Origin: Gemmatimonadota bacterium
GTDB lineage: Bacteria; Gemmatimonadota; Gemmatimonadetes; Longimicrobiales; Gaopeijiaceae
Assembly (NCBI GenBank): GCA_034521595.1
Contig: JAXHMG010000002.1
Location: 160,001 to 224,000, forward strand
Direction: 5' to 3'
DNA: 64,000 nt
Numbering within the stretch: the stretch's first letter is position 1; each line of letters begins with the position of its first letter. Positions 1-9,195 of the stretch are shown here, piece after piece. A program made the position numbers and the translations under genes. The notes under the pieces were generated by a model. That model did not search any database and was not told where the DNA came from. It worked only from the letters and a program-made list of their open reading frames with translations.

Positions 1-701
1 ACAGAAAGGCCGAACTTGCCGCGCAGGCCGGACGACGTCGCCCACCGACCGATGCCCCCGGCCCCGAGGCGGACCCGGATCCCGATCCGCGGCTGGACAT
101 CGTGGGCCTTGGCCTGCTTGGCGATGAGCTCGAGCTCGTGGAACTGCTCGACCACGGGGATCACGTTCCGGCCCATCTTGGCCGCCAGGATCACCGTCTC
201 GATGAACTCGTCGTCCTTGAAGCCGTTGCAGACGAGCGGCATCGAGTTGCGTCCCACCGTGAGGGCGAGCCCGGCCAACAGCTCGGGCTTCGAGCCCACC
301 TCGATCCCGAAATCGAGCTCCTCGGCGACGTCACAGACGGCCTCGCAGAGCTGCCGCTGCTGGTTCACCTTGATGGGATACACGCACGAGTAGCGGGCAC
401 CGTATCCCACCTCTTCGATGGCGGCAGCGAAAGCGTCCCGGAGCTTCGTCATGCGGTGGCGGAGCAGGTCCGGAAAGCGGAGCACCACCGGCGGAGTGAG
501 GCCCCGCGTCTCGAGCCCTTCGACGATCTCGAGCAGATCCATCGAATGCTCGGGCGAACCCGTCGGGTGGACGACGAGGGTTCCCTGCTCGGAGATGCCG
601 AGGTATCCGTCGCCCCATTCCTCGAATCGATAGGTGTCGGCGGCGTGTTGCGTCGACCACTCGGTTTCTCGCTCGGACTCGGTCGTGGCTGCTTCGCTCA
701 T
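1..701 (-). CDS. speA: Biosynthetic arginine decarboxylase, N-terminal part (runs off the window edge)
   Basis: Not in the ORF track; manual translation gives MSEAATT...WSTQHAADTYRFEEWGDGYL...YPIKVNQQR...EVGSKPEL...CNGFKD...RGKFGL, all SpeA motifs. AAGGA lies upstream of ATG 701; ATG 707 is an alternative start. Confidence 0.95.
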   Translation of the reverse strand, partial: MSEAATTESERETEWSTQHAADTYRFEEWGDGYLGISEQGTLVVHPTGSPEHSMDLLEIVEGLETRGLTPPVVLRFPDLLRHRMTKLRDAFAAAIEEVGYGARYSCVYPIKVNQQRQLCEAVCDVAEELDFGIEVGSKPELLAGLALTVGRNSMPLVCNGFKDDEFIETVILAAKMGRNVIPVVEQFHELELIAKQAKAHDVQPRIGIRVRLGAGGIGRWATSSGLRGKFGLS

Positions 702-838
702 GGGCATGCATCCTTGGACGGCTGGGGCGTCACTGCGCCCGACCGGCGCGCGGCCCGGCGGCGGTGCCTTTCCGGTTCAGGGTGGCGAGGGGCTGCAATA
801 TGGCACGCTACCGACAGGCGTGTAATGGCACGTCCCGC

Positions 839-1595
839 TCACACCTCCCCCGACACCACCCGCCGGAAGACCTCCAGCGCGGCCTCCAGCTTCTCGCGGC
901 TCGTTCCGACCCACTCCCGCCACTCCTCGGAGTCCTCGTCGACCCGCTCCAGCAGCGCCTCCACGACGCGCTCGACCAGATCCAGCACCTCGGGTGCGGC
1001 CAGATTCAACTTCGGCCACATACCGGCGACGATGGTCATGGTCTCGCGGCTCCGGCGGAAGAGGTCTCCCAACTCCTGGTCGGTAAAGAAGGGGCCCCGC
1101 GCCGCGGCGTCGAGACACGCGCCCAACAGCTCGACCACGTCGTCGTCGAGCTTGCGCAACAGCACCTTCTCGGACCGGAACTCGAGCACGCGGCCCAGGA
1201 AGGTCATGAGCGGATACACGGCTTCGCCGAGGTGCTCGAGGGTGACGGGCGGCGCTTCTCGCGTGATAGAGATAGAGCCGGTCCCAGTGCTCGTCCTTCT
1301 GGCCGACCTTCTTGGACATCTCGGGCGAGATCCAGTCGTATCCGACGAGGTCCTCGAAGCGCACCAGATCCACTCCCTCACCGTCGAGCGCCCGTTGGAT
1401 GCGGCGTGGCGTGACGACGAGCACCGCGCCGTCGGTCTTCTCGATCCGCACGGCCGCGCCGGCGCCCGCCAGCACGTCCTCTTCACCCAGGGGGCTCCGC
1501 GCGACCAGCGTCGCATTGAGCCCCGTGCGCGTCTCCACCGCTTCCTGAAAGATCTCCGCCAGCTGCTCCGTGAGGAGCCAGTCCACCATCGTCAT
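839..1595 (-). pseudogene. Hypothetical protein (~251 aa) split by a one-base frameshift near 1255-1266
   Basis: Protein-like N-half in the 777..1595 frame (to ...HWDRLYLY) and C-half in the 839..1516 frame (EAPPVTLEHLGEAVYPL...). May be a sequencing indel. Confidence 0.65.
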
Positions 1596-1702
1596 GCGTC
1601 GTGGGCTCCCGCCTTCTCGGCGTCACATTCGCAGGGCGTCGTTCGTCCCCTCTGATACGACGGAGTGATCGACACGCCGTCCTACGCAAGGGAGACACGA
1701 TC

Positions 1703-2368
1703 ATGACGAAACTAATCGCTCGCGGACTCCTGAGAACGCTCCCCGGGCGCACGCTTCTCCTGACCGTCGCCCTGGGGTCGGCCTCCTTCGTCACGGAGAC
1801 GCGAGCTCAGGCTATCGATCTCGACTTCGCGGTGGAACAGGCGTTGACGTCCGTCGACGACATGGCGAGCCCGACGGGCTACCGGGCGGGCCTCACCCTC
1901 CCGTGGATGCTCGGCCCGGTCGGGCTCGAGCTGGGCTACCGGAGCGTCTCCGAATATCTGGGCGAGCGTCCCGAGCGCTGCGGCATGGACGTCTGTACCC
2001 CCGGGCCGTTCGACGCCGTGATGCGGATGCGCTCGGCCGCGCTCGGCGTCAGCGTCTCGCGCATGCTGAACCCGTTCGTGGAGTTCTCAGTGGGAGGCAC
2101 CGCGACACTGACGTGGCACGATTCGGAGTACGGCCCGGCCGACGGCGCCACCGAAGCGGTGACGCCGTCGACCGAGACCGCCGGACCGGACCCGGGCGTC
2201 GGCGCCTTCGTGAGCTGGCGCTTTCCCCCGTTGGTCTCCGTGCTTCGCCCGTTCCTCTACGCCCGAGCCGAGTGGATCGGACGTGGCTCGTGCGCCGCGG
2301 ACGCGCTCTGTTTCGGCACGCGCTACTTCGGGAGCGCCGGCATCGGAATGTACGCCCGCTTCCCGTGA
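1703..2368 (+). CDS. Exported protein, possible small outer-membrane beta-barrel
   Basis: AAGGGAG SD before ATG 1703; signal peptide ending ...TRAQA; amphipathic strands; C-terminus GIGMYARFP. Confidence 0.6.
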   Translation: MTKLIARGLLRTLPGRTLLLTVALGSASFVTETRAQAIDLDFAVEQALTSVDDMASPTGYRAGLTLPWMLGPVGLELGYRSVSEYLGERPERCGMDVCTPGPFDAVMRMRSAALGVSVSRMLNPFVEFSVGGTATLTWHDSEYGPADGATEAVTPSTETAGPDPGVGAFVSWRFPPLVSVLRPFLYARAEWIGRGSCAADALCFGTRYFGSAGIGMYARFP

Positions 2369-2414
2369 GCGGGCCGGCGCCGGCGCCGCTGCCGAGCTCA
2401 CCGGCCGAGGGCCA

Positions 2415-2810
2415 TCAGCCCTGTACGGCCCGGTCGGTTCCTTCCGCACGCTCGAACACGCCGGAAAGCACCAACGCCCCACCGGCGAGCGCCGTGTCCT
2501 TGAGCATGCTGCTCATGGAGGCCTGCATCGCCGCCGGGTCCTGCGCGTTCATCACGCCCACGAGGTGGATGGTCAAGGCGAAGATGAGAAGCATGAGCCC
2601 CAGGAGACGCGTCGCGAGGACCGCATGCTTTCCGACGCCGATGCTCACCGCGGCGGCGAGAAGCGCGAGTCCGGTCAGGTAGATCCAGAATACACCTCCA
2701 GGGATCGGCACCATCCCCGCCATCGAGCTCGCGTTCATGAAGTGGAACAGACCGAAAATGGCCATGGGAATGGCGTACAGGTATCGGCCTACCGTGGGCA
2801 ATGCGGACAT
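2415..2810 (-). CDS. DoxX-family membrane protein
   Basis: MSALPTVGRYLYAIPMAIFGLFHF...LTIHL...LKDTALAGGAL; four hydrophobic helices; AGGAG SD. Confidence 0.8.
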   Translation of the reverse strand: MSALPTVGRYLYAIPMAIFGLFHFMNASSMAGMVPIPGGVFWIYLTGLALLAAAVSIGVGKHAVLATRLLGLMLLIFALTIHLVGVMNAQDPAAMQASMSSMLKDTALAGGALVLSGVFERAEGTDRAVQG

Positions 2811-3057
2811 ATCGGTGTCTCCTGCTCGAGTGGTGATGCACTCACGAGGAATCGTCGAGTCTGGAAATACGTTCCCGAGCGGCCACCGGAAACCCCCCGC
2901 GGACGTGCGAGCGTGCGAGCCCCGTGGAGCCCCCGACCCCAAACGCAGGGTCGAGTGACTCCACGAAGCCCCGCTCGTGGTTCTTCTCGTAGTTCTTCAT
3001 GAACGACCGTCCCGCCCCGTGAGGGGCCGGTCGGGAACCACCGCGATGGGCGACGGC

Positions 3058-3534
3058 TCAGTTCACGTGCACGTGCACCGCCGTCGTCTCGAAATCGGCA
3101 TGCCCGCTGCCGACGTCGCCGTGCATGAGCTTGAACACGGCGTCGGTCTCGCCCGCGGCCAAGCCGTGGAGGTGCCCGCCGAACTCTCCGGGCGTGTCCT
3201 GCTCCCACTCCGCGATCGTCTCGTCCCCGATGTCGACCTCGAGGTAAGTATCGTCCTCGGGCGACACCTGGGTCCCGTCGTGATCGACGAAGCGCACGGT
3301 GATGTGTGCCGTCTCCTGGCCTTCCCCCACATCGAGCTCACCGGTCCAGGTGCGGCTGTCACCGTCGAACGAGGCGAGGACCTGCCCGTTCAGAACGAGC
3401 TCGACCCCTTCCACATCCTCTTCATGATCGTCGTCATCGATGCCGACGGGGTCGTCGCTGCACGCCCCGAGTCCTACCGCTCCCGCTACGGCCAGAGCCA
3501 ACAGCGGGGTCTTGTACGCATGCTTGGTCTTCAA
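3058..3534 (-). CDS. His/Asp-rich lipoprotein, putative metal-binding partner of the TonB receptor
   Basis: TTG start with AGAGGAG SD; lipobox LGAC; DDDDHEED, GHLHG, MHG..GHAD and VHVHV motifs. Confidence 0.75.
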   Translation of the reverse strand: MKTKHAYKTPLLALAVAGAVGLGACSDDPVGIDDDDHEEDVEGVELVLNGQVLASFDGDSRTWTGELDVGEGQETAHITVRFVDHDGTQVSPEDDTYLEVDIGDETIAEWEQDTPGEFGGHLHGLAAGETDAVFKLMHGDVGSGHADFETTAVHVHVN

Positions 3535-3604
3535 CGTTGTTCTCCTCTTCGATGGATTCGGGCCGCCTCCGGAGGGGTCGCGTCGAGCCCCGGGTGGCCA
3601 CGGT

Positions 3605-5899
3605 TCAGAACACGACGCGATACGTGATGCTCAGCCCTCTCCCGGCCTCCGGCATGATCTCCTTCACCCGGGAGAGGTGGTTGCGGTACTCCGCGTCGGT
3701 GACGTTGTCGGCGCTAACGGTGAGAACGTGCAGACGGCCCGACACCGTCAGCCGCAGCCCGGCGGACGCGTCGAAGACCGCGTAACCCGGTGTGACCGTC
3801 TCGAACTCGCCGATCCGATCCTGGCGCGCCGCCAGATTCGTTTCTCCGCGAACGAACCAGTCCGGCCGGTCGTACTCGAGGCCGAGGGTTCCCTGCAGCG
3901 GTGGGATCAGCGGGAGCGGTGCGTCCTCTTCGTCGCGCGTGCCTTCCACGTAGGAAGCGGTGCCGTGCAGCGTGAGGTCGCCGACGGCATTCCAATCGAC
4001 CCCGCCTTCGAACCCGAGCAGTAAGGCATCGTCTCCCCGGAACTGGTAGATCGGAAGATTGGTCCGGCTCGTGTCGGCGGTCTCGGCAGGGTAGATGTAG
4101 CCCGAGATGTCGTTCCTGAAGCCGGTCAGCTCGGCCGACACGTCCTCTCGCTCCAGGCGCACGAATACGTCCAACCCCGTGCCGACCTCGTTCTCGAGCG
4201 AAGGATTCCCGACCTCGAACGCGTAGGCCGCCAGGTGCGGTCCCTCGGAGTAGAGCTCGTTCACGTCCGGCGTGCGGAAGGCGCGCGCCATGCTCGTGCC
4301 TACCGTGAAGCCCCCGGCGAGGTTGTACAACACCCCCAAGGAGCCCGATGCCGCGTGGAACGTCCGCTCCCGGATCGCCCCGATGGGCGAATCGGGATCC
4401 GGCTCACGCGGCTCCGCGCGCGCCCAGTCGTAGCGGAGCCCGGCTTCGATGCGGAGCGGCTCGAGATCGATCTCCTCGAAAACGTATGCGGCGAGAGTGC
4501 TCCGCTTCGTATCCGGCGTGGACAGCCCCCCCGCGAAGTTGAAATCCTCCATCGACGCGCGCGCACCCACGGCACCGTTCGAAAACGGACCCCACACCTC
4601 GTGCCGGGCCAGAACGTCGGCGCTGGTCATCTGGCGCTTGAAAAAGGTTCCGATGATGTCCGGCGGCTCGATCTCGAGGTGGCGATACCACGTGTACTGG
4701 CCGTCGAGCTCGAGCGAGCGGAACGGCCCCCACTCACCTTCCACGCGGCCGTCCACCTTCGTGGCCATCCGCTCCATCTCGATGGTCACCCCTTCCTCGT
4801 GGCCGCCCACGAAACCCCCGGGGATGCCGTAGTCATTCTTGTGCGCCCGGAACGCGGCACCGAAGTGTCCGTTCTCCTCGACCCAGGCAGCCCCGGCCCC
4901 CGCGTTCCAGCTATTCGTTCCGGTATTCTCGAGCGTCCCTACCGGCGTCTGTAGATCCCCCGAAGAGCGTCCCCCGACCTCGACCCGCACCGGGATCCGA
5001 TCCGTTACGGCGGCACGCATGTGTCCGTTTCCCCCGAGCGTTCCGGTGACCGTTTGACCCTGAAGGGTCACGGCACCCGTCGGATGGTGAGGCACGTCGG
5101 AAGGCACCTCGTCGCGGATGACGTTGATGACGCCGCCGAGCGCGTTACTCCCGTAGAGGATGGCCGCCGGCCCCCGGACGACCTCGATCCTGCGAGCGGA
5201 CGACGGATCGAGCGCCGAGGCGTGGTCCGATCCCGTGCTGGACATGTCGCCGCTCCGGGATCCGTCCTCGAGCATGAGGACACGATCGCCGCTCAGGCCC
5301 CGGATGACCGGCTGGGCCGTCGCCGGTCCCATGCCCGTGACCGACACGCCGGGCTCGGACGACAGCGTCGCGGCCACCGTGCCCTCCAGGCGTGCCTGCA
5401 GGTCCTGGCCGCTCAAGACGTTCACGGGGCGTAAGGCTTCGGACGCGTCCCGCTCGCTCAACGAACCGGTCACCACCAACCCACCCACATCGAGCGGGGA
5501 CGATTCCAGCTCGATGACCACGACCGTGCCCTCGTCTCCCGTCGTGACGTCCACGGTCCGAGTTCGGTAGCCGAGCCGTTCCACCCTCAGGGTGTGCTGC
5601 CCTGCTGGCAAACCTCCAATGTGGAAGGAGCCGTCTCCGTGCGTGGTGGCCGCGGGACGAGCGCCGACGACCGACACCAGGACGCCGGCCAGCGGGTTCC
5701 CGGTGTCCGCGTCCCGGACCACGCCTTCGATCTCGCCCTCGTGCTCGGGGGCTTGTGCACTCGTGTCGACCGCCGAGACGAGCCCGACGAAAAGCACGGG
5801 CCCAACGAAGGACAGGCACGTGCGGACGAAAGTCTGCAGATGGGGAATAGTCATGATACCACAGGGCGGAGGTTGCTCCGATGCCACGGCCTCCGACAC
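3605..5899 (-). CDS. TonB-dependent receptor, ZnuD-like (divalent-metal uptake)
   Basis: N-terminal carboxypeptidase-regulatory-like domain; plug motifs QPVIRGL and RIEVVRGPAAILYGSNALGGVIN; GGHEEG, ELYSEGPH, GNPSLENE, YRNHLS; C-terminal Phe. Start is GTG 5899 or ATG 5854. Confidence 0.9.
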   Translation of the reverse strand: MSEAVASEQPPPCGIMTIPHLQTFVRTCLSFVGPVLFVGLVSAVDTSAQAPEHEGEIEGVVRDADTGNPLAGVLVSVVGARPAATTHGDGSFHIGGLPAGQHTLRVERLGYRTRTVDVTTGDEGTVVVIELESSPLDVGGLVVTGSLSERDASEALRPVNVLSGQDLQARLEGTVAATLSSEPGVSVTGMGPATAQPVIRGLSGDRVLMLEDGSRSGDMSSTGSDHASALDPSSARRIEVVRGPAAILYGSNALGGVINVIRDEVPSDVPHHPTGAVTLQGQTVTGTLGGNGHMRAAVTDRIPVRVEVGGRSSGDLQTPVGTLENTGTNSWNAGAGAAWVEENGHFGAAFRAHKNDYGIPGGFVGGHEEGVTIEMERMATKVDGRVEGEWGPFRSLELDGQYTWYRHLEIEPPDIIGTFFKRQMTSADVLARHEVWGPFSNGAVGARASMEDFNFAGGLSTPDTKRSTLAAYVFEEIDLEPLRIEAGLRYDWARAEPREPDPDSPIGAIRERTFHAASGSLGVLYNLAGGFTVGTSMARAFRTPDVNELYSEGPHLAAYAFEVGNPSLENEVGTGLDVFVRLEREDVSAELTGFRNDISGYIYPAETADTSRTNLPIYQFRGDDALLLGFEGGVDWNAVGDLTLHGTASYVEGTRDEEDAPLPLIPPLQGTLGLEYDRPDWFVRGETNLAARQDRIGEFETVTPGYAVFDASAGLRLTVSGRLHVLTVSADNVTDAEYRNHLSRVKEIMPEAGRGLSITYRVVF

Positions 5900-6013
5900 G
5901 GCTCACACTCCGAATAGAGTGCGACGCCTGGCCGGGACCCGACCGGCCGCAGAGCGGCCGGACATCGGGACCAATTGAAAGGAGCTGTCGGGCGGACGCC
6001 CGCAGCGGGTGTG

Positions 6014-6382
6014 TTATCGGGCGGGAGGCGCCCGGGGGCCGGATGAGCCCTTCAGGACCGGCTCGACGACGTCGGCGGCATCCACCACCCGAATACCGGG
6101 CAGCAGCCGCGGTACCGCGTCCGCCTCGACATGGACGGCCGGCCGGGCCGGGGTCGCCAGCGCAGTGGTCCGGACGAGCTGACAGAAGGCGTGATCGTGG
6201 TGCGGGGTGCAGTCGTCACGTCCTTCGGACTCCACGTGCACGGGCGTGCCGAGCTGCTCCACGTCCAACTGTCCGTCGGCCGCGGGAAGCGCGACGGCTC
6301 CCGTGAGATGGAAGAGCGCCAGAACGAGCGCGCCGAGGCGGCGCGCGAGCCGACGTTCGTTCGGAAGGATCCTGGAGTCCAT
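6014..6382 (-). CDS. DUF2946/CruR-like upstream leader protein with C-terminal RAPP arrest motif
   Basis: Signal/TM segment, central HVESEGRDDCTPHHDHAFCQ, C-terminus GPRAPPAR*; directly upstream of the receptor. Confidence 0.75.
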   Translation of the reverse strand: MDSRILPNERRLARRLGALVLALFHLTGAVALPAADGQLDVEQLGTPVHVESEGRDDCTPHHDHAFCQLVRTTALATPARPAVHVEADAVPRLLPGIRVVDAADVVEPVLKGSSGPRAPPAR

Positions 6383-6435
6383 GCCTTCCTGCTACAGAAA
6401 GCGGCTCAGGATGGTTCCCTACCCTGGGCTCCCCG

Positions 6436-7467
6436 TCAATCGATCTCGAACACCGCATCGTCGACGAGCTCGAGGTACGAAAGCGACGCGTTCGCCCGGT
6501 CCACGTTGCACGAGTGATAGCGGATCGTGCCCTGCACCTCGATCTCGTCGTACGGCTCCGTGCCGGAGAAGCCCCCCACCAACATCCCGTCGATCGAGCC
6601 CCTCACGCGGTCGTCGACCCAACCGGCCAGAACGATGCCCTCCCAGGAGAAGCTCGGAACCGCTCGAAACTCCTCCGTGACGATCAGCACGCCCCGCCCG
6701 CTCCAGGACGGATTGAGCATCGGACTCCCGTTCAGCCGGACGACCGGGAACGAGTCCGCCGGTAGCGTGGAAAAGGGCGGGCGCACATCCTCGAAGTCCA
6801 CCGGGAACGACGGGTCCGTCAGGATGTCCCAACGGAGCGCCACCTGGTTCATGAACTGGGCGTAGCCGCCCGGCCAGAGCTCGTATTCGGGGCTCCCCTC
6901 CAGCGTCCCGTCCTCCGCCACCCCTTCGCGCGCGATCGCACCGGTGATACTCGGCTGGGCACCACCGGGGCACACCGCCCCACCCGCGTCGTCCCCCGAG
7001 ACCTCCGCCGGATTCTCCACGCTGATGTCGGCCACGCTGAGCACCAGGGCACCGTGCAACGGCAGCGGGCGCCTCCGGTGGTACGCGTATGCACCCACGA
7101 CCCGCCGGGAGGGGCTGCCTTGCGCCAGCGGATCCGGGACGGTGGCGGCCGAACGGACGAAGTACATGTGCGTGAATTCGTCCACCTCCGCGACCCGTCT
7201 CGCGCTGACCGCCGCTTCGCCGTTCCCCATCGCGTACCGAGCCGAGTCCGCGACCACCCCGAGCTGCTCCGACACGAAGCGGTTGAGTCCGCCGCGCGCG
7301 ATCGCCAGCGCCTCCTCGCTCTCGCCCGAGTGCCGCGCCATGCGCGACTCGGCGCTGACCACCAGGTAGCCGGCGCCGCTCGCCATGGCGATCGCGAAGA
7401 GCATGAGCACCACCAGCGCCAGCACGAAGCCGCCCTCCCGCTCCCGCCCCCCCACCGGCGGCGTCAC
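6436..7467 (-). CDS. PilX-like minor pilin
   Basis: Prepilin-like REGG-FVLALVVLML without Glu5; GTG start overlaps the upstream TGA. Confidence 0.75.
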   Translation of the reverse strand: MTPPVGGREREGGFVLALVVLMLFAIAMASGAGYLVVSAESRMARHSGESEEALAIARGGLNRFVSEQLGVVADSARYAMGNGEAAVSARRVAEVDEFTHMYFVRSAATVPDPLAQGSPSRRVVGAYAYHRRRPLPLHGALVLSVADISVENPAEVSGDDAGGAVCPGGAQPSITGAIAREGVAEDGTLEGSPEYELWPGGYAQFMNQVALRWDILTDPSFPVDFEDVRPPFSTLPADSFPVVRLNGSPMLNPSWSGRGVLIVTEEFRAVPSFSWEGIVLAGWVDDRVRGSIDGMLVGGFSGTEPYDEIEVQGTIRYHSCNVDRANASLSYLELVDDAVFEID

Positions 7468-8327
7468 GGCGCGTTCCTCAAGAGCAGGTTCGTGCTCCAC
7501 CCGAACGTGACGTCCTCTTCCTCGGCGCTTTCGGACAGCCGGCGGGCGTCGAGCTGCAGCTGCACCGCGTCGATGTCGTCCAGATCGCCCTCCGGGATCG
7601 TGTCCCGGTAACTCGACTCCCCGCTCAGGCGGTACCCGAAGCGTGCCGTCGAATCGATTCCGGAAGCGAACTCGACCGGATCCTCCAAGTACGGCTGCCT
7701 GAACAGCGCGAGCATGGGAGGCTCGAGATCGGAAGGCTCGATCGTGAACGTCGTCTCGCGGAACAGCATGACGAGCTCGCCGACGTCCGGCGCATCCGAG
7801 CCCAGCGCCAGGGCCAGGAGCCTCAGAGTATGGAAATCCTCGGACGCATCCGTCGTGTCGGCCGCGGTCGCGGTGGCACAACGCGCCGCGCTGGCGCTGC
7901 TGCCCCCGTCCATGATGAACCACGGCCACAGCTGGTACTCCCAGGCGCCGTCCGCGGGATCGTGAGCCGCCACCCCGGCGATCTCCTCCGTGGCCATGCG
8001 GGCCGCGCCCCCGTCGAAGTGCACGTCCCGGTCGGCCAGGAATCCGCTGCCCCGCTCGCAGACGCTCCCGACGGCGACGGGTGAGCGCACGGTGAGCGTT
8101 CGCGCACCCGCCACGACGATGCCCCCTCTCATGGAGGAGCGCAGCTCCCGCGAGATGAGGTCGGTGGCCGAGCGCACGTTGTCGTGCGCGGCCGCCCGAA
8201 GAACCTGGTTCGCCTGGTATCTGTTCTGCACCAGGAACGTCGTGCTGACCAGGATCAGGACGAGGGAGGAGAGCACGAGCGCAATGAGCGCTTCGACCAG
8301 AGTGAACCCGTGGATCCTGTTCACCAC
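7464..8327 (-). CDS. PilW-like minor pilin
   Basis: G-FTLVEALIAL type IV prepilin N-methylation motif. Confidence 0.85.
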   Translation of the reverse strand: MVNRIHGFTLVEALIALVLSSLVLILVSTTFLVQNRYQANQVLRAAAHDNVRSATDLISRELRSSMRGGIVVAGARTLTVRSPVAVGSVCERGSGFLADRDVHFDGGAARMATEEIAGVAAHDPADGAWEYQLWPWFIMDGGSSASAARCATATAADTTDASEDFHTLRLLALALGSDAPDVGELVMLFRETTFTIEPSDLEPPMLALFRQPYLEDPVEFASGIDSTARFGYRLSGESSYRDTIPEGDLDDIDAVQLQLDARRLSESAEEEDVTFGWSTNLLLRNAP

Positions 8328-8719
8328 GCCTCCGCCACGTACGACGTGGTCCTGAAGGTGGGACCGTCACCTCCGACGGGTGTGATCTCGATCTCCACGC
8401 GCGCGAGGAGCGGCGTGACCCGGGTGAGCGTCACGCTCCGCTCGTAGGCGAGCCCCATGATCGTGAGCGTGTCCGCGTCGGCGCCCATCGTCAGCGAAGC
8501 GGACGGCTGGGCGTCGAGCGAGTCCAGACGCTCGGCCGCGCGCACCGCGAGCTCCGACCTGATCCCCGCATAGCGCATCTGCGTACCCGTCGCGGTGCTC
8601 AAGCGAACCACCATGAGCACGCCGACCGAGAAGATGACGAAAGCGCCGATGACCTCGATGAGAGTGAACCCTTCCCGTGCGAGCGCGGCGCGCCGCGAAA
8701 CACCCCGGTCAACCTTCAC
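8321..8719 (-). CDS. PilV-like minor pilin
   Basis: EG-FTLIEVIGAFVIFSVG; GTGA overlap with the upstream gene. Confidence 0.85.
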   Translation of the reverse strand: MKVDRGVSRRAALAREGFTLIEVIGAFVIFSVGVLMVVRLSTATGTQMRYAGIRSELAVRAAERLDSLDAQPSASLTMGADADTLTIMGLAYERSVTLTRVTPLLARVEIEITPVGGDGPTFRTTSYVAEAW

Positions 8720-9195
8720 GACGCCCCGATTCGCGAAGCCCCGAGCCCGTTGAACGAGACCGCGTACGACCACTCGCCCGACCGGAAGGTCGCCACGCCG
8801 AGCGTTCCCGGCGCGCCCGAGAGGTCCGCGAAACCCCGCCGGTCGAACACCAGGGAGTCGCCGTCGAGATCCAGCTCGATATCCGACAGGTCGACCCCGT
8901 CCGAGTTCGAGAACCGGCGCCGTACGATCTCGGTGGTCCCGTCCAGGGTCACGATCTCGTACTCACGCGCGCCCTCATCGAACCGCAGCACGACGGGCTC
9001 CCGCGTCCGCACGGCGAAGCCGCGGGCCCGGGTCAGATCCTGGGCGAAGACCTGGGCCGCCCGTCGAACCGTGGTTCTACCGAAGTAACGTCCCACCGTG
9101 AGACCCGCGTAACCCAACATGACCGCGCTCAGCGTGAGCACCACGAGCAGCTCGATCAAGGTGAAGCCGTCGCGGAAGCCCCGTCGTCCGGTCAT
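8716..9195 (-). CDS. FimT/GspH-like minor pilin
   Basis: DG-FTLIELLVVL; ARGFAVRTREPV and LVFDRRG motifs; ATGA overlap with the gdh stop. Confidence 0.85.
   Translation of the reverse strand: MTGRRGFRDGFTLIELLVVLTLSAVMLGYAGLTVGRYFGRTTVRRAAQVFAQDLTRARGFAVRTREPVVLRFDEGAREYEIVTLDGTTEIVRRRFSNSDGVDLSDIELDLDGDSLVFDRRGFADLSGAPGTLGVATFRSGEWSYAVSFNGLGASRIGAS

Noticed and set aside
102-1655. 517-aa plus-strand ORF and similar long antisense ORFs (e.g. 9903-11924, 11976-14054, 28020-31133, 44505-46520)
   Set aside because: Shadow ORFs opposite clearly identifiable genes, typical of high-GC DNA; no motifs.
6383-6435. Zur/Fur box upstream of the metal-uptake locus
   Set aside because: No AT-rich palindrome visible.
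7468-8370. N-terminal extension making the PilX-like ORF 644 aa
   Set aside because: Overlaps the PilW-like gene out of frame; the prepilin-like start is at 7467.
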